In this document: one piece after another, positions 1-11,937 of the stretch | How the letters are laid out: each line of letters begins with the position of its first letter | How positions within the stretch are numbered: the first letter of the stretch is position 1 | Assembly: GCA_964016885.1 (NCBI GenBank) | Contig: OZ024742.1 | Span: forward strand, 260,214,001 to 260,278,000 | Reading direction: 5' to 3' | Length of the DNA stretch: 64,000 nucleotides | DNA from: Eledone cirrhosa | Taxonomy: Eukaryota | Translations under genes and position numbers: made by a program | Notes under the pieces: model-generated | What the model was told of the DNA's origin: nothing | Seen by the model: only the letters and a program-made list of their open reading frames with translations | Database searches by the model: none

Positions 1-896
1 ACTGGGTAATTGCTGGCCTTGTGCCAAAAGTAGAAACAATTATCTCATTTAACCCTTGTCATACCAAAAAAGCCTTAAACTACCCTCACTTTTGTGTTAT
101 GAAATTGCCACATTTTAAAGTGTTTATATTTAAATTGAAGCCTTTTATCATAATTTTATGAAACATCTTTTGTCAAGTTACCTTCTAATAATGGAGAGTT
201 GGTTATTTTATTAACCCTTCCACATTCTATTATTTTAAAGTCTAATTGAAAAACAGCCAGTGTATTTCATAACAAAAGGGTAAAACATATTCGTTAGCTT
301 TCTAGATTTTTACCACTTATTGTCAATTTTAAATGTAATGATGCTTTTATTTTTCAACTATTTCATTTAACCCTTTCCTTACTATATTTCTAATATGAAA
401 CACTCCCTCTGATTTTCAAATCGTTTTAAAAATAATAATTTTGAGGAGTTTAGTGTTGGCATTTGGAGCAGATAAATATAAAGAATATGCTCCTTATATT
501 ACTATATTTCTAATAAAGGACTCAGTCTATATTTTCAAAATAATCAAGAATTTAGAGAGATTAATTAATATAACTTTCCCATTATCAAGCTGGTGTTTCG
601 ATCATTAATCAACAAATGTTCTTGCATAAAAATCATGAGATAAATATAAACAATTTAACCCTTTCCTTACCATATTTCTAATGAAAGACACTGTCTATGA
701 TTTTCAAATAATTTTGAAAATAATCAAGAATTTGGAGAGATTTAATAATATAACTAACTTACCGCAAAACCTAAGTTTGTGCATACATGTTAAGTGTGTA
801 GAATTTTAAATATACTAAGTAAACTCTCTTTCAATAGATTGAGCATTGTTTTCCTTGGCCTTATCTACAGATATCCTGCATATATATATATATATA

Positions 897-1790
897 AACA
901 GTAGACAGCTTCTGCTACCTAGGTGACCAAATTAGCAGAAGAGGTGGGTCTTCGGAAAGTACAATAACTAGGGTAAGAACAGGATGGAAGAAGTTCAGGG
1001 AGCTACTGCCACTGCTAGCTGCAAAAACTTTTGAAAGGTAGACTGTATGATGCGTGTATACGAACAGCAATGTTGCATGATAGTGAGACCTGGGCGCTGT
1101 CTGTGGAAGACTTGCGTAGATTAGAAAGAAACGAAGCTTGCATGCTCTGATGGATGTGTAATAGTAATATACGTGAACGGTAAAGCATAAATGAATTGAG
1201 AGAGAGACTGAACATAAGAGGAATCAAATGCTGTGTGTAGGAGAGGTGGTTGCATTGGTATGGGCATGTGATACATATGAAGGATGACAGCTGCATAAGA
1301 AAGTGCAGAGCACTAGAAGTCGATGGAAACCGCGGAGTGGGGAGACCCAAGAAGACCTGGGATGAGGTGATAAAAGCCGACCTTGCCCAATTACACCTCT
1401 CAAAGGCGATGACACACGACCGTGATCTCTAGCGTCACGCAGTAATACAGAAGACCAGACCAACTCCCCACGGGTACAAGCCGAAGCTGAAGCATATAGA
1501 CAATATGCCCCCACACCCTCCCACTGCAAAGTGGTCATGGAGGTGCCACGGCAAAAAAGCACCCAGCCTATACTGTAAAGTGGACGTGTAGGCGCCACAG
1601 AAAAAAGCACCCAGCACTCACTGTAAATGAGGTTGGTGTTAGAAAGGGCATCCAGCTGTAGAAATCAAGCCAGAATCAGTTCCTGTATGAGTAAGGCATG
1701 GTCAGCCGACTGGACACTGCCCACAACAGGACAACCCGTCTAACCCATGTTAGCGTGGAAGAACGGACGTAAAACTGTGATGATGATGAT
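897..1790 (+). mobile_element. RTE-clade LINE 3' fragment
   Basis: Decayed ORF end (FCYLGD, WYGHV, GRPKKTW), 3' UTR with gttagaaagggcatccagctgtagaaa, (TGA)n tail. Confidence 0.9.
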
Positions 1791-2582
1791 AAACACTTTA
1801 AAATAAATAGTTTTGTAGTGTAGGACCAGAGTTGGTTTCAGGTGGTTTGGAGATGGAATGAAACTCTGTAGGTAGCATTCCTTTTGATTGACATCTCACC
1901 TGGGATTCTTTTTAGTAATGGCAAAACAAAGCTGTTGGAAAGGATAAGAAAGGATATTTCTCAATTTTACAGGATTTTCACACACAAACTTGTGCAAAAT
2001 ATGTCTGCATCTTTCTCCATTGTTTGCTATATTTTATTTCTTTTCAACTGTTTTCATTTACTAACATTTAACTAAATTGTTACTCTCTAGCAACAAATCT
2101 TATTTTTCATAATTGTTTGAATATGTGAAAGGAAAGGCATTGAGTCATAGAGAACCTCTCAAGGAACAAGTTGGGAGGACATTTCAGTTGTGACAAAGAC
2201 ATGACAATCTCCCTAGTGCCTTGATAAAATGCACCAGCTGACTCTGTAAATTGCAAGAATATGTGTAAATGAGATGTTTGTACCTGGCCTGTCTGAAAGG
2301 TCAGGAGCTCCAAGTAAGTACTTGATGTGGTCTGTGATGACCTATCCAACACTTGTTAGCAGACATTAAATAATGATGATATCTATTTATATGTATAGAA
2401 ATATATTCATTTACACATACATATATGTATACATATTTTATTATAGCTGTGATACTATACCATGCTTTAGGATGCTTATCAAACTTATCAAGTTTGATAA
2501 TAGTCGAGAAAATTATTCCATCTCTTAAATTACTCTTATAGATGGTATAAAGTGGACCCGTAACTTTCAAGATATATATATA

Positions 2583-3743
2583 CAGGGGTTAGACAAAATA
2601 ATATGAACACCTTGTAAATATTACACATTTTTTCATCTTGGCATTCTTGGCTAGGTATAACTGATATTATGTGTATATGTTGACCATTTGACACTTTATA
2701 TTTCACTATATCAACATTTTGGTTTTTTTAAGGTGCAATAGATGACAAAATGTGTGACCTATCAGGCTTCTAAAGAGGAGAAATTGTTGGTGCTCAATTA
2801 GCAAGAGCATCTGTGACAAAAACAGACAAATTATTTATCAAAAACAACAGTGTCAACAATGATGACAGCTTATGTAAAACTTGGAAAAACATTGTCTTCA
2901 AAGAGGAATAGTAGGCACAAATCAAAGTTAACTGACAGGGACTGCTGAACATTAAAACAAATTGTGGCCAAAAATTATAAAACTACTGTGGAAAAGATGA
3001 CATCAGAACACAATACTCACTTAAACAATACTGTTTCGACATGCATAGTATGATGGGAGCTCCACAAAGCTAATATTCATGGAAGGACTGCAATTTCAAA
3101 ACTTCTTATAAAAGAGTCCAATACTAAGCTGTGGAAGAAGTGGTGTAATGATCACAATTCTTGGACAATTGAAGAATAGAAGAATGTGATATGGTCTGAT
3201 GAGTCATCATTTATTTTGTTTTCTACAAATGGCTGGGTTTATACATAGAGAACACCAAGGGAAACCTATGATTTGGACTGCATGCTTCCAACAGTCAAGC
3301 ATGGTGGTGGCTCTGTGATGATTTGACTGGCTATCCCGTGGTATTCAGCTGGTCCTATTATTATCCTCAAAGACCAGATTACTGCAGATAAATATCTCAA
3401 CATCCTCAATGATGGAAGTCCTTACAATGACCAGTATATTACTGCCAAACACTGCCATATTCCAAGATGATAATGTGGCCATACACACTGCTAAAAATGT
3501 TAAATCTTTGTTTGAGAAGTATCAGAATATCATCAAGCTTCTTCCCAGGCCAGCACAATCAACAGATCTCAACATAATTGAACCATTATGAGGAGAGACT
3601 GAGAAGTAGATTTCCACCTCCATTATCTCTGAAGCAATTGATTGATGTTTTAGTAGAAGAATGGGGCAATATTCCATTGGAAACTATTCAGACACTTTAC
3701 AAATGATGGCCCAATACCTTATTAATAAATAAATATTATGTTT
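2583..3743 (+). mobile_element. Tc1-like DNA transposon fossil (DD36E spacing)
   Basis: TA|CAGGGGTTAGACAAAATA left end. Decayed transposase from 2750: RGEIVGA, WSDES (3192), TVKHGGGSVM, FQDDN..PAQSTDLNIIE. Right TIR missing. Confidence 0.88.
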
Positions 3744-4825
3744 ATATATATAGATATATATATAGTCAATCGATTTTTGTCAAATCGGACCAAGGAAACA
3801 ATGTTTCCGTTGGTCTTTCCAATTGCTACTACTTTCTATTGGTCGCAACTCCAGGTAGATGGAGCAACGTGAAATAAAGTGTCTTGCTCAAGGACATAAC
3901 TCATCAGGCGGTTCAGGAATCGAACATACAAACTCACGATTGTGAATCCAATTCTCTTATTACTCAGCTACACACATACACACACACATATATATATATA
4001 CACATATGTATAAATATAAATTTATATATTAGAGACATATATGAAAACATATAAAATGTATTTATATGTGATAAACATACATAAGACTCCCTATGAGTAT
4101 TTTTAGCTACTGTTAATTGATAAATATTGTCGTTTTTACATCTGCTTTTCCATGCTTGCATGGGTTGGACAAATACATATATATAATTCCGATAGCCTCA
4201 TTAAAACATATGTATGTATGTATGTAGGTAGATAGATGTGTGCTTGATATAGATGTGTGTTTGTGCTATTTATGTACACACACAAACACACGTGTGTTAT
4301 TATTTCACTTTATGATTAAGTTGATTTGTAGATGTATAAAAAAATCTGAATGTTTTCATAAAAAATTTGCAATGGAGAAAGTATTGTTTGCCACAAGTGT
4401 ATGTGGTAACTCTTAATGTTCTATATTGCATTAGCAAGATATTCTTCAAAGGTACAAAAAAGCACTGACATTAAAAATTGCATTAAAAATTGAAGTATTT
4501 ACTAATTCTGCAAAATTTCTGTCTACTTGTAAAGATACTATACACATTTGAATTAACAAACACCTTTGTAGATATTTCGTACTACATCATTACAGGATGT
4601 TAAGAGTTATGCTAATTTTGGACAAAGAAAGATGTGAAGAACTGCTTGCTACACAGTTCCACATCAATATAACCATCTACAGCACTGCTTGTTTTCAGAT
4701 TGTGTTCTCTAATGTCTATTGAAGCTCATAAATAATACACACATACAAAATAATCTCTACAATGTACGTTATAGATACCTATTTTTTCTTTGACATGATT
4801 CTACTGAGTTTTTCACTGTCTATAT

Positions 4826-4885
<60 letters not shown>

Positions 4886-5286
4886 TCTGTGCAAAAAAGC
4901 AATAGAAAAGAAATGAAAAATATAAGTTGAAGAAAAAATGTCTTTTTCCTTCCTTATTTGGTAAAAATTCTGTGGAGGATATAAGAAACTGACTTTGAAA
5001 AATAAAGTCCACAGAGATTAATATTTAGAATGTGTCAAAGTTTGTATATAGGTATTTGATTTTGATTTTGATATAAAATAAATGATAATAATAATTTCCT
5101 TATTAAATTTTTATCTACTTTGCTTAGGATCCCTCTCGCTTATTTATCTCCATCTGTCTGACTATCTTTCTTGTTTCTAACTGTTTTTTTTTTCTCTTTC
5201 CTATGTTTTCTTTGTTCCAACTATTTTTAAAACTATTTCATTATATCTCTTTCTCCATTCTATCTATCTCTGTCGGTCTTGTATAT

Positions 5287-5347
<61 letters not shown>

Positions 5348-5949
5348 TACACACATTTTGGTACAACTGAAAGAAAAGAGCAATCAACATATAATGTGGA
5401 AGTTTTATAGTAAATATTTATAGTAAAAGTTTGACATATTTTTGCATTACCAATCAGTTTCATGGCTATAATTACGACTAGTTCTATCAAATGTGATAAA
5501 TAAAAAAACAAAGTCAAACTGTTTATACATATGTATAATATTCTACCTATATATGTACATTGTCATAGCTGTGTAATTAAGAAGATTGCTTCACAACCAT
5601 AAGGTATCAGATTCAATCCCACTGCATAACCTCTTCAACATGTGTCTTTATTATAGCCTCAGGTTTTACCCAAGCCTTGTGTGTGAAATTGGGTTGACGG
5701 AAACTGTGTAAGATTCTGTTGGACAGGTCTGTACCTGTAATTCAATGGATCAGCTTTGTCATATAATGTGTCATGTTGACATAAACATATCTATAAGTAA
5801 AGCTGCACGTATATATAAATGATATTACAGTATTACATATAATATAAACAAATAGATAGCAACTCAAGAAGGGCATCCTGCTGATGAATATGTTTAAACT
5901 TGTCACTGGCCCTAAAAGGCTAACCCTTGCTTTAGCAGGAAAAATTGCC

Positions 5950-6189
5950 TTAACACTTTCATGACCATATTTCTAATGAAATACCCTTTATTTCAGTTAA
6001 TCAATGAAGAATTTTTAAAGATTTACTTAGAATATTAGTTATTTCATTTCTAAGATAGTAACTTAACATATGGTTCTGATATTAAATTATGTTGGAAGAT
6101 TTTAATTTAAATAAGAACCTTTTAAAATGGGTGATTTTGTTTCATAGAACCAGAGTTGGTTTTAGCTGAGTTTGTATGAAGAGGGTTAA
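5950..6189 (+). mobile_element. Abundant TTAA-flanked piggyBac-type MITE family. Other copies near 367-770, 7438-7699, 9175-9489, 10505-10982, 19488-19715, 39230-39620, 48590-48960, 57000-57260, 58632-58853, 62530-62780
   Basis: ttaaccctttc.ttaccatatttctaatgaaa left end and tggtatgaaaagggttaa right end, with shared internal ataactaactttc..tggtgtttggaacataactt. Confidence 0.7.
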
Positions 6190-6655
6190 ACAAAAATGTA
6201 CTATGAAATATTCTCAAAGAAGCTTACTTTCTCTTTCTTTCTCCAGAATTCCATTATTATCACCATTTCTTTCATTCTCCTTTTCCTTCCACGTGTTTCT
6301 TTTTCCATTCTAGGTGACTTCTTTCAAATTGAACCAAACTGCCATATAATCCTGCCTAAACAATCCTTTAGCATAACAATTCTTTAATAAGAAAACTAAG
6401 CCAATAGAGCACAAACTGTGCAAAATAAAATATGCACAGGCACACATGCACACACAACACAAACTACTCACACATATACAAACACACACACATACTTACT
6501 CTCTCACACACACACAGAGATAGACACACTAATATATTTTGTTTCTGAAAGGATTTGGGTACTATTAAAGGTTTGTTTCCAGTCTGTATACAGAGTTTCC
6601 AAAGAATAAATCAAGGAAAAAAGTGCTCTATGAAATGTACAGAGCCAAAATATAT

Positions 6656-6713
6656 TATATGAACAAGATCTCAACACAAATGCATGCATTTGTGTTGAGA
6701 TCTTATTCATATA
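6656..6713. repeat. Spacer-less palindrome, 29-bp arms
   Basis: tatatgaacaagatctcaacacaaatgca|tgcatttgtgttgagatcttattcatata; one mismatch. Confidence 0.9.
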
Positions 6714-6760
<47 letters not shown>

Positions 6761-6906
6761 GTCATCAGTTACCAGTGTTTTTGTGATCTAACAGCGCTTG
6801 CAAATATGCCAGCGATACTGCTAGTTGCTTGTCAGTCTAAAAAGTATTGGCTCTGCTTTTGAATATACAGCACTCTTTTATCTTGTTGACCATTATGCTA
6901 CACACC

Positions 6907-6971
<65 letters not shown>

Positions 6972-7286
6972 TTACTTGAGTGTGATTTCATATTATGAAA
7001 TAATGACCTCTCGATATGTAACATAGAGGTAATGTATTTATTTTAATTCTTGATATTAGTTGAACTATCAGTTTTGTAGTCTTTGTTATCAAAAGCACAT
7101 ATTTTCCATTATCAGAAGATGTAAGTATGGCCTGCAATCACTAATCATCAACTATGAAACTGCTACTTCTCTGAAAATCTAACTAATACCATGTAATAAT
7201 ATTTATATGTATATATATTTGACTATGAAATATTTTCTGATTAACATATATCTGCTTCTATTTCTATTGAATTTTTACCAATCTAG

Positions 7287-7402
7287 ATCCACCGTACTTC
7301 ACAATCCGTCCAAAGTCAATATATCAATCAGTGGCAGGCCAGTCAGTGACTATACCATGTGATGCAGAAGGGACACCAAAACCAGAAATCACATGGCGGA
7401 AG
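7287..7402 (+). CDS. tutl: Exon of turtle/IGSF9-family Ig-FN3 adhesion protein (N-half of Ig domain)
   Basis: ctag|AT acceptor, AAG|gttggt donor. Translates (D)PPYFTIRPKSIYQSVAGQSVTIPCDAEGTPKPEITWRK, with the Ig B-strand Cys and C-strand Trp. Phase 1 to phase 0, matching the next exon. Confidence 0.9.
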
Positions 7403-7814
7403 GTTGGTATATCTTAGAAAATCTGTTGTATATCACATTAACCCATTCGTTACCATATTTGTAATCTAATAATGTAACTAATTTTTTCATTATAAAGATG
7501 GTGTTTCGAACATAACTTATCAAAGGGTTTTACATAAAATAATGAAGGAAGGTTTTATGATGAATATAAACATTTCTACCCCTTTCATTACCCTTTCTAA
7601 TGAAAGACACTGCATGTGATTTGCAAATAATTTTAAAATAAACAGCTTTTATTATAGAACCAAGGGTGGTTTCAGACAGTTTGGTAACAAAAGAGTAAAC
7701 TATTATTCTTTCATGTAGCTGGCTTATAGTATTCTCTGACTATTTCAGCTGAATCTTAGTTTTTTAACTCTTGGAAAAGTAATTGCATAGATTTTGTGTA
7801 GCTATGGTGGAATT

Positions 7815-9125
7815 TCATCATATAAATCTTGACTGCAGAAGATCTGTAAAGGCTAGAACAAAATAAGGCTAATATGCTCTGGTGGATGTGTAATGTTAAT
7901 GTGCATGAATGATTTAGCATAAGTGAGCTGAGAAAAAAACTTGGTATAATAGGAATCTGTTGGATAGTGCAAGAGAGAAAACTGTGATGGTTTGGACATG
8001 TGATGCATATGGAAGATTATAGCTATATAAAGAAGTACAGAGAAATCTCAGTGGATAGGACTCATGGAAGAGATAGATGAAAGAAGACATGAGATGAAGT
8101 AGTGAAAATCGATGTTAGGAAGATGAATCTCACAACAGAGATGACAAAAGGACTGTGATGATTGATAAGATGTGGTACTGGAGAAAACTCACCTACCAGC
8201 TTAAAATTGGGATCTGACCCATTCATACCTCACCATCACTGTAAACACCACCCCACCCCCATTTAAATCAGTACCCCCCCTCTCATCACCCCTTTAAACC
8301 TCACCATACATGTCATACTCTCTCACTCCCTCTTCTCCCCCATATCCCCCTGTCATACACCCAACATACTTTGTCACCCCTACTCTCCCCACATTAACCC
8401 TTCCCCCATCACACCTGTCATACACTCATGACATACTTTCTCACTCCCGCTTCCTCCCACATCACCTCCCCACCCCACCATATCTGTGCCCCCACATACT
8501 TATCATATTCCTATCTCCCTCCCCTCAATCTTATTCCCCCTATCCCATCCTAACTGTTCCCCATAATATAGCGAGGGCTCTTCAGTCAAGTCAGTGACTG
8601 AAACCTTAGTGCTGGTGCCACTATAAAATACACCCAATAAAGTGGGTAGTGTTAGGAAGAGCTTCCAGCTGTAGAAAATATTTTAAACAAAGGGTCTAGA
8701 AGACTCATCAGTCTGAACATGATAATCTCTTTAGTGTTTGTAATATCATAAAATGCACCCAGTACACTCTGTAACGTGGTTGGTGTAGAAAATCTGCTAA
8801 ACAAAGGGTCTGGAGGACTTCAACTATGCTAAGGGCATGACTACCTCTCTAGTGTTGGTGATCTACGCAATAAATACACTAAGTACACTCTGTAAAGGGG
8901 TTGGTATTAGGAAAGGCATCAAACTTTCCTGCAAATGGTCAAGAGGACTCTTCAGTTGTGTCAATGCCACAACTACTGTTAGTACCTCAATAAAATTAAA
9001 TCAGTACACTCTGTACATATGTAAGTGACATGTGGCCCCCAGCCTGTCCTAGAGGTCAGTAGGTCTGTGACAAGCCATGCAACACTTGCTAGCAGGGAAA
9101 GTGGTCATTAAATGAGGATGATGGT
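7815..9125 (+). mobile_element. Old RTE LINE 3' fragment with expanded 3' UTR
   Basis: MLWWMCNVNV, WFGHVM remnants, repeated 3' UTR units, gatgatg tail. Confidence 0.7.
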
Positions 9126-9619
9126 GAAATCTATTGAAGGTACTACCTAATAAAATGTTTAGTAATGATTTAATGAACCTTTTTGTTAATATATTTTTAA
9201 AGAAAGACACTGTCTGTGATTACTCTTTTACTCTTTTACCTGTTCCAGCCACCCAGCTGAGGCCATGCTGGGGCACCGCCCTTGATTGTGAAATTATTTT
9301 GAAAATAACCCAAAATTTTGGGCCTCTTGTAATATAACTAACATTTTTATTATTAAGCTGGTGTTTGGAACATAACTTAACAAAGATTCTTACATAAAAT
9401 TATGGTGGGAGGTTTATAGGTAAAATGTAAATAGCTTAGTATCCTTGAACCAAGGTCAGATTCAGATGGTTTGGTATAAAAAGGGTTAATAATTCTTCTT
9501 ATGATCAAGTTATTGTTACATAAAGGTACAGTGAACCTGCATCTGATTGCATCAATTGTTCCCCTAACCCCAACACCCTCAGTAGTTCAAGATTTTTATA
9601 TAAAAGTACATATGTATAA

Positions 9620-10220
9620 TAATAGTAATATACGCGAACGACAAAGCATAAATGAATTGAGAGAGAGACTGAGCTTAAGAGGAATCAAATGCTGTGTGCA
9701 GGAGAGGCGGTTGTGTTGGTATGGACGTGTGATGCGTATGAAGGATGACAGCTGCATAAAAAGGTGCAGAGCACTAGAAGTCGATGGAAACCGCGGAGTG
9801 GGGAGACCCAAGATGACCTGGGATGAGGTGATAAAAGCCGACCTTACCCAATTACACCTCTCAAAGGCGATGACACACGACTGTGACCTCTGGCGTCACG
9901 CAGTAATACAGAGTACCCGACCTCCCATGGGTACAAGCTGAAGCATATAGACAATATGCCCCCACACCCCCCACTGCAAGGTGGTCGTGGAGGTACCACG
10001 GCAAAAAAGCACCCAGCCCACACTGTAAAGTGGACGTGTAGGCGCCACGAAAAAGCACCCAGCACTCACTGTAAATGAGGTTGGTGTTAGGAAGGGCATC
10101 CAGCTGTAGAAATCAAGCCAAATCAGTTCCTGTATGAGCAAGGCATGGTCAGCCGACCAGACACTGCCCATGCTAGCGTGGAAGAACGGACATAAAACAG
10201 TGATGATGATGATGATGATG
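9620..10220 (+). mobile_element. RTE LINE 3' fragment, close relative of 1160-1790
   Basis: ERRLCWYGRVMRMKDD..GRPKMTWDEVI; same 3' UTR; (TGA)n tail. Confidence 0.9.
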
Positions 10221-10319
10221 TATTGGTGGAAGCATAACCTCAGCTTCTCAGAAGGTTGTCTAATGAAGTATAATATGGTTTACTTGGTTTATTATTAGTT
10301 ATAACATTTTATTTTCTAG

Positions 10320-10473
10320 ATCGATGGTGATATTAATTGGGACGGTCGAGCTTCCCGAAATAAAGGAAACTTGACTATTAATGTTCTTCAAAAATCAGAC
10401 CATGGTGATTATGAATGTGTAGCAACGAACCAAATCACAAGTATTGTTATTGGTACACGGCTGCTCATTGAAA
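10320..10473 (+). CDS. tutl: Exon of turtle/IGSF9-family protein (C-half of Ig domain)
   Basis: ttttctag acceptor, A|gtaagt donor. IDGDINWDGRASRNKGNLTINVLQKSDHGDYECVATNQITSIVIGTRLLIE contains the DxGxYxC Ig motif. Phase 0 to 1. Confidence 0.92.
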
Positions 10474-10511
10474 GTAAGTATTCTTTTCATTGATTCTACT
10501 TACTTTAACCA

Positions 10512-10740
10512 TTTCAGCACCTTAGCCTCGCCATCATCCGTGGCAATGCAGCGAGCATGTTGGCTTGCCTCAAAGTGTTTAGTAACCCTTATGTTGTAAT
10601 GTGCGGCTGATTGTCGCACTTGGTGGTGAATTTCCCCACCCTCCTCTTTTTTCTTTTTTATCTCTTTTTTTGTGTTTATATTTGTATATATTATATGTGT
10701 TTGTGTTTTCGTTCTATAAACGTTATATTATTATATTTTT
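10512..10740 (+). mobile_element. 3' tip of RLE-type (CRE-like) non-LTR retrotransposon
   Basis: FQHLSLAIIRGNAASMLAC (10512-10610) matches the QRLS.A..RGNA C-terminal motif. Followed by a T-rich UTR, and interrupts a TTAA MITE. Confidence 0.6.
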
Positions 10741-11925
10741 ATTATAGCTATTTTGACTAATGAAATACATTGCCTATTTCAAAGAATTTTTAAAATAATC
10801 AAAAGTTAGGAGGGATTTAGTAATATAACTAACTTTCTCATTCTTAACCTTTGTTTGGAATGTAACTTAATAAAGATTTGTATGTAAAATTATAATGGAA
10901 GATTTTTAGATAAATATAAAATAAATAGTTTTGTAGTGTTGAAGCAGGGTGGGTTCAGGAGGTTTGGTATGAAAAAGGTTAACCTCCTAGGTATTGTAAC
11001 TCATACCAGTAAGATAAGGAAGAATAAATTGTTTCCATAACTAAATATATGTTATTAATGGTGACTGATTTCTTCACCAACATTGGTGAAACTTTGAAGT
11101 AAACAGTCACCACCAATAACAACAACAGCAATAATACCACCACCAACAACTCAACCTCCAACAATAACACCACTACCAACAACAACACCACTATCAACAA
11201 CAACTCCAATGTCAACAACAACAAACATTTTAAAGCTATTTTTCTCTGCCGTGTTCCAGTGGTTAGTCTTGTGGGCCCTACCATATACTTCATATTGATC
11301 AAAGAGTTGACCCTTTTTTGAGAGAATATTTTACAGTTGGCTGCTTTTCTTGGCACCAACCATTTGTCAGTGACCTCTTACAACATGCAGGGATGTGGTG
11401 TACCTATTCTAAGTTGTATACTCACCAAAGAAATATATAATTGCTCATCATCATCATCACCATTTAATGTCTATTTTCCATGCTTGCATTGGGCAGATAG
11501 CTGTCGCATACTGGATTGTTAATAAATATTAAAGCGACCTTATACACAGGATATCAGTTCCTAATCCACTGCATATTTAATATGTTTATTACACAAATAC
11601 ATAAAACAAATATTTAACTAAATCCACTAAATATTTCCAGTTTAGAATAGGTACACTGTATGCTTGCATGTTGTAAGAGGTAACTGATTGTGTTGGCACC
11701 AGGAAGAGTGTCTAACTATAAAATATTGCCAGAGAAAGGAGTCCATGATGTGTATAAAGCTTTTGATGGGGGCTGTAAAGTTAACCCCTTGTCTAGTAAT
11801 GACAGACAGCCTTAAACACTTGTTACTTATAGTATAACTAAACAATGAAACATTTAGCACAGCTTATTAAAAAAAAAATGACATAAGTAGACTATGGTTC
11901 TCTTTTTACCTATTTCTATTAACAG

Positions 11926-11937
11926 CTCCACAGACAG
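11926..11937 (+). CDS. Candidate 12-nt frame-preserving microexon at the Ig/FN3 hinge
   Basis: tctctttttacctatttctattaacag|CTCCACAGACAG|gtaagt: polypyrimidine tract, AG and a perfect GTAAGT donor. Phase 1/1; would change the junction from E-K-T to E-T-P-Q-T-E-T. Confidence 0.55.

Noticed and set aside
7438-7699. TTAA MITEs lying close to three exons as a regulatory pattern
   Set aside because: The family is so dense across the window that proximity is expected by chance.
11064-11095. CTGATT..hairpin..GAAAC hammerhead look-alike
   Set aside because: The core lacks the GA of CUGANGA and stems I and III cannot be formed.
10979-11359. Hydrophobic minus-strand ORF resembling a membrane protein (similar cases at 17719 and 49698)
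   Set aside because: Products of (CAA/CAC)n, (CTA)n and (ATT)n trinucleotide repeats.
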